Origin: Malacoraja senta
Lineage: Eukaryota
DNA length: 64,000 nt
NCBI GenBank assembly: GCA_038087875.1
Contig: CM075988.1
Coordinates: forward strand, 21,392,001-21,456,000
Reading direction: 5' to 3'
The notes below the pieces were generated by a model that saw nothing but the letters and a program-made list of their open reading frames with translations, was not told the origin of the DNA and did no database searches. The translations under genes and the position numbers were made by a program. Below are positions 48,499 through 60,572 of the stretch, in pieces (the first letter of the stretch is position 1; every line of letters starts with the position of its first letter).

Positions 48499-50334
48499 CA
48501 CGGATTCTAATCTCTATAGCAACCCCAGCCACTATCTGGTACTGTGGCAGCAATTGAAATCGCACCAATTCAACGTTTACCTTTTTTCTTGAGCAGTGGC
48601 AATTATTGTGGTGTTTTGTTATTATAGCTAATCAGCTGGGTTCTATCCAGCGTCGATCTTCCTGTGATGCAAAGTGATAGATTCATTAGTGACCTGTGTA
48701 AATGTTGTAAAATTGAATCCCTGCTTAAGTAGTCATAGAATGAAGAAAAAATACCAAGTGGCAGCGAACATTAATGTATAGTTTATTCTGCAGGGACTGA
48801 CAGAGTTGACACAATCGAGCTATTGGCACCATTGTTAATGATGCTAAACATGGTGCTATTTTTAGTTCTCATTTGCATCCCACATTGCCAAGTCCCAATT
48901 AAATTCTCCGTCATCATAATTCTTGTAAGTGCAGAAGGAGCAGTCAAACTCCATGCCGTCTAAACCTAGAGCGTAAACATGTTTAACGGCAACAAAATAT
49001 CACTGGCCCAACTCTCATCAGCTTTTTCTACGCGTACGTTTGACTAACTTTTTCACACAAAGGGTGGTGGGTGTAAGGAACGAGCTGCCGGAGGAGGTAG
49101 TTGAGGCAGGTTTAAGGAATTACAACGTTTAAGGAACAATTGGACAGGCAGATGGATAGAACAGGCTTGGAGAGATACGGGCCAAATATAGGCAGGTGGG
49201 ACTAGTGCAGATGGGACATGTGGGCAAGATGGGCCGAAGGGCATGTTTCTACGGCGTTTGATTCTATGACGCTATCGGTCTATTACATGTGGAGCTAATT
49301 GGGAAGGTTTGGAAGGATCCGATGGTTCAATCAATATGAATGCACGGAAAGCAAAATTATCGTATGTCTGTTGAGAGGATGGTAGATGGTGCTGAATTTA
49401 CCTTTAGAGATACATCGTGGAAACAGGTACTTCGGCCCATCGAGTCTGAACTGACCAGCGATCACCCCGTACAATAGCACTATCCTACACACTAGGGACA
49501 ATTTACAATGTTTACCCAAGCCAATCGGCACGGCTTTGGAATGTGGGAGGAAACCGGAGTACCCGGAGAAAACCACGCGGTCACGTGGAGAACGTACTAA
49601 CTCGGTGTAGACAGCACCCGTAGTCAGAATTGAACCATTGCACTTCAAGGAATAGAATCCTAGCCTGCCTAACCTCTCCCCATAGCTCAGGCCCTTATCT
49701 TGCACTAAACATTCTCCATGTGATTCCATTTATCATGTTGACGGCTCGATTGTAATCATGCATTGTCTTTCCGCTGACTGGTGAGCAGGCAACAAAAGCT
49801 TTTCACTGTACCTCGGTACACGTGACAATAAACCAAACTCAATTCCTCTCACGGTTTTCTCTTGCAATTTTCTTTGCAACTTTTTTTCAGTAAAACCGTG
49901 GGGGGGGGGGGTTTTGCAGTTAAGACCTCATTGCAGAGGAGCAGCGATATCATGTTTTCATAACGTCAAGCTTATTCGAGAAATTTCAAGTTTAAGGACT
50001 TTGGAAGGTGGCAGTGGGGGGGGGGGGGGGGGGGGGAAACAGGGAAATGTTGAACCGCAGAGGAGCTTAAAACGAAAAATTCCGAAGGAGTAAAATCTCA
50101 CATTTCAAAAGTATTTGGAAAGAGACAGTTGGTGTAAAAATTGATAGCAAGGAGACTAAAGCTGAGGTCTCAGGAATGAGGTTTGTGGAACGTGCACAAG
50201 AGGTTGCTTGAATCCGAGTACCTTGCATAGTCTGATTGTTCTACATGCTCAGTTGGAAGGCGAAGCTGAATCAATTGGTTGCAGGCGTATGAAGGATAAT
50301 ATGGCGTGAATACAACGAGTCTTCTGATGCTTAA

Positions 50335-50730
50335 AGGGCCTGTCCCACTTACGCGACCTTTACAGGCGACTGCCGGCATTCGTCATAGGTCGCCGACATT
50401 TTCAACGTTGAAAATTCAGCGGCGACCAGAAAGACGCTACGACTCTTTGGAGACCTCTCACGACCATAGGAGACCTCTCACGACCATAGGAGACCTCTCA
50501 CGACCATAGGAGACCTCTCACGACCATAGGAGACCTCTCACGACCATAGGAGACCTCTCACGACCATAGGAGACCTCTCACGACCATAGGAGACCTCTCA
50601 CGGCCATAGGAGACCTCTCACAACCATAGGAGACCTCTCACGACCAAAGGAGACCTCTCATGACCATAGGAGACCTCCCACGACCATAGGAGACCTCTCA
50701 CGACGATAGGAGACCTCTCACGACCATACA
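50335..50730. mobile_element. Harbinger-like MITE family 3, left half only
   Basis: TAA|AGGGCCTGTCCCACTTACGCG; homologous to 34139-34290; no right TIR seen. Confidence 0.75.
50449..50728 (+). repeat. 20-bp minisatellite (GGAGACCTCTCACGACCATA) x about 14
   Basis: Head-to-tail units without spacers; few substitutions. Confidence 0.95.
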
Positions 50731-50825
50731 GCCTGTATCTCTACATCCCCCTCTCAACATGCCCGATCCATGTACATTTAGACTTCACACTGTCTGGAAA
50801 ACCAGACTAAACAAGTAACAACAGT

Positions 50826-51240
50826 GTATGAAGGAACTGCAGATGCTGGTTTACACCGAAGATAGACACCAAATGCTGGAGTGACTCAGCGGGACAGGCA
50901 TCATCTTTGGAGAGAAGGAATGAGTGATGTTTCGGGTCGAGACCCTTCTTCAGAATGCCTGAAGAACCAGTGTGAAGAAAGGTCTCGACCCGAGATATCA
51001 CTCATTCCTTCTCTCTAGAGGTAACTCAACAGGCCAGGCAGCATCTCTGGAGACCGTGGGCAGGTGACATTTCGGGTTGAGGCCCTTCTTCAGGCTGGTT
51101 CTTGAGTTAGTCCTAAGAAGGGTCTCGACCCGAAATGTCACCTATCCATGTTCTCCAGCGATGCTGCCTGACCTGCTGTGTTACTCCAGCGCTTTGTGTC
51201 TTTTTGTGCATCAACCAGCGGCTGCAGTTCTTTGTTTCCA
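50826..51240. mobile_element. Two adjacent Penelope-end fold-backs
   Basis: Two inverted pairs of GGGTCGAGACC-like / GGTCTCGACCC arms. Confidence 0.65.
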
Positions 51241-51882
51241 CAGATATAAACAGGTTAGCCACAAATGAGGGGAAAAAAAAGAGTTAAAGTGGTGCAGGAG
51301 AGAATAATTCCCCTGGAAGGGACCTAATAGAAATCTGTGACGGGAATACTGATTCAAACCAGGAAATCCATTGCAGAGGGACCCTTGTGGGCAAGAAAGG
51401 TGAATAATACAATCTGCAGGGCTGACAAGTTGTAAAACCACGAAATATTATTTTTCAGCATCAAATGCAAAGGATATCAAAACAATCTGAGCGTGCATCA
51501 TGAAGGACTGGTTAGTGTCAGTTGCTTGTGCAGCTGCTAAAATATTGCCCTGTCGGGAAGTCAGACACAAATAGGATGTGCGTGGACTGGTACAAGACCG
51601 GAATGGAATGTTTTACAGAGGGGGAGAGCAGGGCTTACCTTTCTGCAGTTAAATTTGCTGCATGGTGCATTCCTTATGTGGTTCTGTCCACTAAAATGCT
51701 GCTATCCCAATACATGCAATACAACTTTCAGGTCGGCAGGGTGGCGCGGCGGGATAGTTGCTGCCTTACAGCGCTTGACCCGGGTTTGATCCCGACTACG
51801 GGTGCTGTCTGTACAGAGTTTGTACGTTCTCCCCATGACCGTGTGGGTTTTCTCCAAGATCTTCGGTTTCCTCCCACACATA

Positions 51883-52370
51883 CAAGGTTAATTCCCGGGA
51901 TGGCGGGACTGTCACATGGTGAGAGAATGGAGCAGCTGGGCTTGTACACTCTGGAGTTCGGAAGGATGAGAGGGTATCTCATTGAAACATATAAGATTGT
52001 TAAGGGCTTGGACACGCTAGAGGCAGGAAACATGTTCCCGATGTTGGCGGCGTCCAGAACCAGGGGCCACAGTTTAAGAATAAGGAGTAAGCCATTTAGA
52101 ACGGAGACGAGGAAACACTTTTTCTCACAGAGAGTAGTGAGTCTGTGGCATTCTCTGCCTCAGAGGGCGGTGGAGGCGGGTTCTCTGGATGCTTTCAAGA
52201 GAGAGCTAGATAGGGCTGTTAAAAATAGCGGAGTCAGGGGATATGGGGAGAAGGCAGGAACGGGGTACTGATTGGGGATGATCAGCCGTGATCACATTAA
52301 ATGGCGGTGCTGGCTCAAAGGGCCGAATGGCCTACTCCTGCACCTATTGTCTATTGTCTGTTGTCTATTG
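51883..52370 (+). mobile_element. CR1 3' fragment (subfamily B) fused to an HE1 SINE 5' half (51735-51880)
   Basis: TRLIPGMAGLSHGERMEQLGLYTLEFGRMRG..GYGEKAGTGY*. Confidence 0.87.
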
Positions 52371-53094
52371 CCACCGTGCACCAATGTTCGATGCTCCACG
52401 GTCTACATTCTGTGTGTTCTATAATCTGATTTTACCTAGGCAGCAGTTTTCAATGTCCACAGTACATGTGGAATACAGCACTGTGTATCCAGACAGCATC
52501 ATTTATTTTCCACGCACATATACATTCGCCATTCTGTTCGCCAAATCTTATCATCCCGTTGCCCATTATCTCAGCGTCATCAACCCATGTGAATTCTTGA
52601 CTTACTTCATTGAAATTAATTAAAACTTAAAAGATGAGGATCGGATTTTGTTTTCAAGGTTTAGAAGTTAGAAATCAAAGGGTTCATCTTTCCATTAGCT
52701 TGCAGTGCGAAATCCATCAAGCATGCTGACAATTTTCATATCGTAGTATTAACTGCAAAACCAGGATAATTATAACAGATCAATAGAACGAAATTAAAAG
52801 TGAGAAGAAAGCATTTTTGTGATCAAAGCAGGTTATATTTACCGTAATAAATTACTCTTCTCTATGCAACACTAATCTCAAAATTACCTCAGCTTTAAAG
52901 GATGGATTAAAGTTGCGAAAACTGACAACAGAAGTTAAATGTGTGTTTTTGCTAGATTCCAACAGGCGGTATTTAGAAAACTGTAAAACTGCTTTTCACA
53001 TTAACTTGCGTCAAATTTGATGACAAAATTCGGGAAGGACATGTCCAACTGAGCTGTTTAAAATGGAGGTTTTAAGTTCAGCACGGAAGCAGGC

Positions 53095-53372
53095 CCTTTG
53101 GCCCACCGAGTGCACACTGACCAGCGATCCCCGCACACTAACACTAGCCCACACACACACACACACACACACACCCGGGACAATTTACATCTATACCAAG
53201 CCAATTAACCTACAAACCTGTACGTCTTTGAGTGCGGGAGGAAAGCGAAGATCTTGGAGCAGGTCACGGGGAGAAAGTACAAACTCCGTACAGACAAGCA
53301 CCCGTGGTCAGGATCAAACCCAGGTCTCTGGCGCTGTGAGGCAGCAACTCTACCGCTGCGCCACTGTGCCAT
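53095..53372 (-). mobile_element. HE1-like V-SINE with a (CA)n expansion
   Basis: Reverse-complement V-domain and head. Confidence 0.78.
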
Positions 53373-53562
53373 CTATGGTAAATGTCAGGGTATTCTGTGC
53401 AAATGTTTACATATCAGTCTTTCTCTTTCAAACTCGCGAGGCATCTGAGAGGTGCATTTGGGGCTGATGTGAAGCGGGTGACAGAATGCAGAGTGCATGG
53501 TTGGTAGCAAGAAATTTGGAAAAACTGCAGAACATTGGAATGTATGCCTACAGATCCGAGTG

Positions 53563-53867
53563 TGGCACGGTGGCACAGCGGTAGAGTTGCTGCCCCACAG
53601 CGCCAGAGAACCAGGTTCGATCCCGACTACGGGTGCTGTCTGTACGGAGTTTGTAAGTTCTCCCAGTGGCCGCGTGGGTTTTCTCTTGGTGCTCCGGTTT
53701 CCTCCCACATTCCAATGACGTACAGGTTTGTAGGTCAATTGGCTTCAGCAAAAAATGTAAAAATTGTCCCTCTTGTGTTGGACAGTATGGGGCGATCGAT
53801 GGTTGGCACGGACTCGGTGGGCCAAAAGGCCTGTTTTCATGCTTTACCTCTAAAATCTAAAGTCTAG
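53563..53867 (+). mobile_element. HE1-like V-SINE
   Basis: GGCACGGTGGCACAGCGGTAGAGTTGCTGCC head, V-domain and tail. Confidence 0.8.
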
Positions 53868-54251
53868 AGGTCCAGGTACGACCTCCTGGAGATCTTCAAG
53901 TACATGAAGGGGCACTTGCGTTCCAAACTGGAAGGTCAGATGAACTCTCAGCAACTGTGGAAGGTCATGTTTCACTTCCTACAGGGTGACACCAAGGTAG
54001 CCCAACTGACATCAATGCATCATTTTTGGACGAGCTTAATTTGGACAGGATCTTAGATAGGAAAAGAAGTGCTGCCTTCCAGCGCCAGAGTCCGAGGTTC
54101 GATCCCGACTACGGGTGCTGTCTGTACGGAGTCTGTACGTTCTCCCGTGACTCGCGTGGGTTTCCTCCCACACTCCAAAGACGTGCAGGTTTGCAGGTTA
54201 ATTGGCTTGGTATAAATGTTACTTGTCCCTAGTGGGTGTAGGGTAGTGTAA

Positions 54252-54755
54252 TGCCCCTGTCCCACTTAGGAATGCTGAACGGAAACCTCTGGAGACTTTG
54301 CGCCCCACCCAAGGTTTCCGTGTGGTTCCCGGAGGTTTTTGTCAGTCTCCCTAATGGTCGAAAGTGGTTTCCACTTCTTCTATGTTCCGGCAATTATTTC
54401 AAAAAATTCAAAACCGTCCGTGACTAAAAATAGGTTGCCGTTTTAAAAATCGGTAATTTTTCAATGGTTGCCGGAGGTTGCAGGTAGTGGAAGGTACCTG
54501 CAACCTCCGGCAACCACCTTCAACTAGCATCGCAACCGGCTTTGACTAAAAAATTACAGATTTAAACGGCGACCTATTTTTAGTCGCGGCCGGTTTTGAA
54601 TTTTTTGAAATAATCGCCGGAACATAGAAGAAGCAGAAACCACTTTCGACCATTAGGGAGACTCACAAAAACCTCCGGGAACCGCACGGAAACCTTGGGT
54701 GGGGCGCAAAGTCTCCAGAGGTTTCCGTTCAGGTTTCCTAAGTGGGACAGGGGCA
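54252..54755. mobile_element. Harbinger-like fold-back MITE, family 4, inside an HE1 SINE (54065-54845)
   Basis: TIR TGCCCCTGTCCCACTTAGG extends into about 210-bp inverted arms; internal 22-bp hairpin; flanks TAA and TTA. Confidence 0.85.
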
Positions 54756-56460
54756 TTAGTGTGCGGGGATCGCTGGTCGGCGCGGACTTGATGGGCGGTA
54801 GGGCCTGCTTCCGCTCTGTATCTCCAAACGAAAACTAAACTAAAATAGAGGCTTAACGTGGGCAAATGGGATTAGTGTAAATCGGCAGCATGGCCATCAA
54901 ATGGCAAGGTGGGCTGAAGAGCCTGTTTCATAAGTTCATGTTCAGAAGTCATAGGGGCAGAATTAGGCCATTTGGCCCATCAAGTCTACTCCGCCATGGC
55001 TGGTCTATCTTTCCTGCTCTCCTTTCTGTGTTGCCCAGGTCTATGACTCGGTGAACAAGGGAAAAGCGGGGTGACTTTTAGAATGGAAAGTGTGCATGGC
55101 GATTACTTTGGCAATGGAAATGTTCGTTCATGTTTTTGAGTGGAGCGTGTGCATGGTAGATGTACATAAAATTGCAGCATTGACTGACCAGAGTAAATAA
55201 TGAATTGGGAAGGAGTTGGAGGTGGAAGTGTAATTAATGTCCAATCATAAGTAGTAGCATGATTCCATGGCTGGAAGGATTCCATCCACCACATTACTCT
55301 GTCTGATATCTTACCATCCTATTGTTTAAAGCCAGAATAAGGCAGCACGGGATGAAACAGGTCCAAGCAGCTCCAAGTTGTGCGGAGAAAGAAATATTGA
55401 TTTATTGGGAGGGAAGTTGGCAACCACTTGTACTCCGACATGCTATTATTGAGCAAGTGCGGCATTAAGCTGTAGCTTAGAATAGATTTCTTATTTCATA
55501 AAAGACAAAGTGCTGAAGTAACTCAGCGGGTCAGGCAGCATCTCAGGAGAACATGGATAAGGTGGTGTTTCAGGTCGGGACCTTTCTTCATTCTGACCGA
55601 AAGCGTCACCTATCCATGTTCTCCAGAGACGCCGCCTGTCCTGCTGAGGTACTCCAGCACTTTGGGTCTTTTTCTAGAAAACGGCATCTACAGTTCCTTG
55701 CATTAGATTTCTTATGTTGAATATAAATAAGGTGTAATGTGCAACATTCTTGGTTGAATGGGATATCCTTGAAGTATATGTCATTGTGAAGAGGAACCTG
55801 TGATCATGCTGTGCTTTGATGAGGAGTGGGGGTGAGGACGGTCATGGTGAGGTCGTGGTGGGGGTAGATTGGGCCATTCGGCCCATCAAGTCTACTCTGA
55901 CATTAAATCAAGGCTGATCTATCTTTCCCTCTCAAACCCATTCTCCTGCCTTCTCCCCATAACCCCTGGCACCCGTACTGATCAAGAACCTGTCTATCTC
56001 CGCCTAAAAAATACCCAGGCGACCCTTATTCAGACGTTGCTGTCTTTACCTTGCACTAAACATTATTCCCTTATCATGTATCTGTACACTGTAAATGGCT
56101 CGATTGTAATCATGTATTGTCTTTCCACTGACTGGTTAGCACGCAACAAAAGCTTTTCACTGTACCTCGTTACACGTGACAATAAACTCAACTGATATAT
56201 TGAACTGTTTAAGAAAGCCGATGCTGGTTTAAATCGATGTTAGACACAAAATGCTGGAGTAACTCAGCGGGACAGGCAGCATCTCTGGAGAGAAGGAATG
56301 GGTGATGTTTCGGGTCGAGACCCTTTCTCAGGCCATAAATTGAACCATTGAACTAGTGAGAGGTAAGAATCTTCTGCAAAGCAATTTTACTCACCACCTC
56401 TCAGTCCATGCCTGAATGTTGTCTAGGTCTTGCTGCATGCAGGTTTGGACCAGTTTATTT

Positions 56461-56776
56461 TTCTTGGTTCTTGGTTTCTTGGACCTCCAAAATATTCCAA
56501 ATGGAATTTAAACTGGAGGTGGTGGAGGGAGGACTTAAGCCAGAAGGTTTTTTTGGGAAGAAAGAGCTACCTTCAATTTAGTTGCATCTGGTTGGGTAAC
56601 TATGGTAGGGTGAAGATTATTCCATGCTTTAATTGTGCGGGGGAAGAATGAATTGCTGTACACATCTGTCTTGGTAGCTGGAATCACAAATTGGATCGAA
56701 TGCCCTCGTCTGCTCCTAATTGGTTTGGGTTTGGTGTAGGTCTTGTAATCTATGTCGAGCTGACCATTTAACATTT
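56461..56776 (-). mobile_element. RTE-X/CR1-like LINE 3' end
   Basis: RSRRGHSIQF..TDVYSNSFFPRTIKAWNNLHP; (CCAAGAA)n tail; clade uncertain. Confidence 0.6.
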
Positions 56777-56835
56777 ATTAAGACGTTGCCAATGGATTAA
56801 TTTGTTGTACAACCCGTCTGAATTTTTGCAGCTGC

Positions 56836-57693
56836 TCTCTCTCCCCATCCCCCCACTCACAACAAAGGCAGAGTCCCCCTAGTCCTCACCTTTCACCCCA
56901 CCAGCCGTCACATACAACAAGTGATCCTCCGTCAGTTTCGCCACCTCCAACGTGACCCCACCACTCGCCACATCTTCCCATCTCCCCCTATGTCTGCCTT
57001 CCGCAAAGACCGCTCCCTCCGTAACTCCCTTGTCAATTCTTCCCTTCCCTCCCATACCACCCCTCCCCTGGTACTTTCCCTTGCAACCGCAAGAGATGCA
57101 ACACTTGTCCCTTCACTTCCCCCTTCCACTCCATTCAAGGACCCAAGCAGTCGTTCCAGGTGCGACAGAGGTTCACCTGCATCTCCTCCAACCTCATCTA
57201 TTGCATTCGCTGCTCTAGATGCCAGCTGATCTACATCGGTGAGACCAAGCGGAGGCTTGGCGATCGTTTCGCCGAACACCTCCGGTCGGTCCGCAATAAC
57301 CAACCTGAACTCCCGGTGGCTCAGCACTTCAACTCCCCCTCCCATTCCGTATCTGACCTCTCTGTCCTGGGTCTCCTCCATGGCCACAGCGAGCAACACC
57401 GTAAATTGGAGGAAATGCACCTCATATTCCGCTTGGGCAGTCTACATCCTGGTGGCCTGAACGTTGAATTCTCCAATTCTGCTAGCCCTGGCTGTCCCCT
57501 CCCCTTCATCAGCCCTCTGGTTGTCTCCTCCCCTCCCCAGCCCTCGGGCTCCTCCTCCGCCTTTTCCTTTTTTCCTCTCTTCTCCCCACCCCCTATCAGT
57601 CTGAAGAAGGGTTTCGGCCCGAAACGTTACCTATTTCCTTCGCTCCATAGATGCTGCTGCACCCGCTGAGTTTCTCCAGCATTTTTGTGTACC
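56836..57693 (+). mobile_element. Penelope-like element 3' portion (linker + GIY-YIG + terminal repeat)
   Basis: RVPLVLTFHP..ILRQFRHLQRDPTTRHIF..RSLRNSLV..CNTCP..RQRFTCISSNLIYCIRC..YIGETKRRLGDRFAEH; hammerhead-like core at 57601-57630. Confidence 0.9.
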
Positions 57694-57852
57694 TTGAATT
57701 TTTGCAGCAACTGTTTGGGTTTCACGTGAGAATTCTTCAGCGTAATTATCTCGCCCGGGTGCCTGACAAAGCACTCTTTCCGTCACCAAATATCCCTCAG
57801 CTTCATAAGGTCATAAGCGATAGGAGCAGAATTAGGCCATTCGGCCCATCAT

Positions 57853-58138
57853 AGGGCGGCAGGATGGTGCAGCGGTAGAGCTGCTGCCTTACGGCACTTA
57901 CAACACCGGAGACCCGGGTTCGATCCCGACTGTGGGTGCTGTCTGTATGGAGTTTGTACTTCCCCCCCCCCCGCCAGATCTTCGGTTTCCTCCCACACTC
58001 CAAAGACCTGCAAGTTTGTAGGTTAATTGGATTGGTATAAATGTACAATTGTCCCTAGTGTGTGTAGGATCGTGTTAATGTGTGGGGACTCGGTGGGCCG
58101 AAGGACCTATTTCCACGCTGTATCTCCAAATCTAAAAC
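57853..58138 (+). mobile_element. HE1-like V-SINE inserted in a CR1 tail
   Basis: Head, V-domain and tail; host GGCCCATCA..|CTCCGCCATTCAATC. Confidence 0.75.
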
Positions 58139-58803
58139 TCCGCCATTCAATCAAGGCCGATCTATCTCTCCCTCCTCACCCCATTTCTCCTGCCTTCTCC
58201 CCGTAACCCCTGACACCCGTACTGATCATCTAGGTTAACGCAAGGAAGTGCGAAAATCTTCTCTGGGGATTGCTGTATCATTTGGCTGCTGTCCTCTGGA
58301 TCAGCTTCGAGCACTGCAAAAATCATACTCTTGGGGTAATGAGGCGTTCAAGCCAATAGAGTCACAAATACACTGTAGTAGGTGGCTGTCACCCCAGAAC
58401 AGGCAGCAGTTGTGGAATGGTAATAATGTTAATCTTCAAGAATCTATGGTCAATGTGATGAACTTGTACTCCAAGCAGAGTTCTCTCTGATAAAAGCCCC
58501 ACATAACATTGTTCTCAGTGGTAAAGTGGAACTTCAAAATAAAGAAGAGAGACTAAACTAAGAGTCTATTTGTCTTAGTGTGACACTAGTGAAACTATTT
58601 TGCTTGTGATAGATGACTTACTGGGTTCTCTCTCGCTGGTGATGATGTGCACATAGTTCAAATTAAGTACCGTTAGCTAATTCATCATTCTTTGCAACAT
58701 ACACATCACGGCACCCTGAAGGCACTTGTATGCATCAGTAGGTTTGTAGCATGGAGCTGATGCTGGCCTTCATTGGATGAGTCATTGAGTGGAAGAGTCA
58801 GGA

Positions 58804-59185
58804 AGGGCGGCACGGTGGCGCAGCGGTAGAGTTGCTGCCTTACAGCTCCAGGGACCCCGGTTCCATCCTCACCTCGGGGGCTGTCTGTACGGAGTTTGTA
58901 CATGGGATATGGGGAGAAGGCAGGAACGGGGTACTGATTGTGGATGATCAGCCATGATCACAGTGAATGGCGGTGCTGGCTCGAAGGGCCGAATGGCCTA
59001 CTCCTGCACCTATTGTCTATTGTTCTCCCCGTGACCCGCGTGGGTTTTCTCCGGCTGCTCCGGTTTCCTCCCACACTCCAAAGACGTACAGATTTGTAGG
59101 TTAATTTGGCTTTGGTAAAAGTTGTAAATTGTCCCTAGCGTGTAGGATAGTGCGAGCGGACAGGGTGATCACTGGTCGGCAAGAA
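58804..59185 (+). mobile_element. HE1-like V-SINE with a CR1 tail insertion (58904-59021)
   Basis: V-domain split GGAGTTTGTACA | TGTTCTCCCCGTG. Confidence 0.8.
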
Positions 59186-60213
59186 CTTAGGAAGGGCTCA
59201 GAGGGCTATGGACCAAATGCAAACAAATTAGACTATCCCAGTAGTTACTCCAGCACTTTGTGTCTATTTTTGTAACCAGCATCTGAAGTTCCTTGTGTCT
59301 AGATCAGTTTGCTAACTTGATTAGTATTGACAAAGGGTCTGTTTTCATGCTGTACAGCTCTATGTTTCTATGACTCTATGAAGGGTTTGTTTCCCTGTTG
59401 TCTAGCTCTATGACTATGACACGAACTCTGGAACTCAACAACTTTCGTCCCACTTTGAACCAAGGACGTGATGGGATTTAGACTTGAGATGTCCCAGAAA
59501 ACCCCGATCTGGAACTGGATGAGCAAGTTATTGGTGAGTTCATGTTCATTAGTCATAGGAGCAGAATTAGGCCATTCAGCCCATCAAGTCTACCCTGCCA
59601 TTCAACCGTGGCTGATCTATCTTTCCCTCTCAACCCCATTCTCCTGCTTCTCCCCGTAACCCCAGACACCCGCACTAATCAAAAGGGCTATGGACCAAAT
59701 GCAGACAAATTGGACTATCCCAGTAGTTACTCCAGCACCTCGTCTTTTTTTTTGTAACCAGCATCTGAAGTTCCTTGTGTCTAGTTCAGTGTGCTAACTG
59801 GATCAGCTGCTATCAATCTCCGCATGAAAATATCAATTGTCATGGCCTCCACAGCGGTCTTTGGCAATGAATTCCACAGATTTACCGCCCTTGACTAAAG
59901 AAATTAGTCCTCATCTCCTTTTTAGAGGTACGTCCTTTTATTCTGAGGCTGTGCCCTCTGGTCCTAGACTCTTCCACTGGTGGGAACATCCTCTCCACAT
60001 CCACTCTATCCAGGCCTTTCACTACTCGGTAAATTTCAATCACACCAAACATTACTTTTCCTGTCCAATCTTCCAAATAGATCATGCTTCCAAAGTTCAC
60101 TTGTACTGTATCTGAGATGCTCATCTAATATGTGTCAAAGTGCTATTGTACAGTGATACGTGTCCTGAACCTTATAGAAAAATGACTTCCACTGTACCTC
60201 AGTACCTTGTGGA

Positions 60214-60572
60214 TGACAGATGGCGCAATGGGCTAAGTGTTCGGCTGGCAACCGGAAGGTAGCCGGTTCGAATCCCGCTTGGAGTGCATACTGTCGTTGT
60301 GTCCTTGGGCAAGACACTTCACCCACCTTTGCCTGCGTGTGAATGTGTGTGAATGTGTGTGAATGTGTGTGAGTGACTGGTGGTGGTCGGAGGGGCCGTA
60401 GGCGCAGATTAGCAGCCACGCTTCCGTCAGTCTGCCCCAGGGCAGCTGTGGCTACAGAAGTAGCTCACCACCACCGAGTGTGACTGAGGAGTGAATGAAT
60501 AATGCGATGTAAAGCGCCTTGAGTATTAGAAAGGCGCTATATAAATCCCATCCATTATTATTATTATTATTA
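60214..60572 (+). mobile_element. tRNA-derived CORE-SINE, copy 2
   Basis: 4 substitutions counted by eye versus 46793-47147; TSD TGTGGA (60208-60213, 60573-60578). Confidence 0.85.

Noticed and set aside
48070..48568. ORFs spanning X residues
   Set aside because: They run through the 200-N assembly gap.
50449..50728. CRISPR-like array
   Set aside because: Units are directly tandem with no unique spacers, there are no cas genes, and the unit derives from a MITE.
51522..52271. 249-aa ORF as a novel fusion gene
   Set aside because: Chance read-through of unique DNA, an HE1 SINE head and a CR1 C-terminus, with a non-ATG start.
52600..52660. Minus-strand GTAAGT splice donor
   Set aside because: The upstream sequence is very AT-rich with no plausible coding frame; the motif alone is expected by chance.
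53868..54000. Exon-like open frame RYDLLEIFKYMKGHLRSKLEGQ
   Set aside because: Resembles the YDLRKAI..R.KLE segment of Rex/Babar-type LINE ORFs; most likely a decayed LINE piece and no host protein was recognised.
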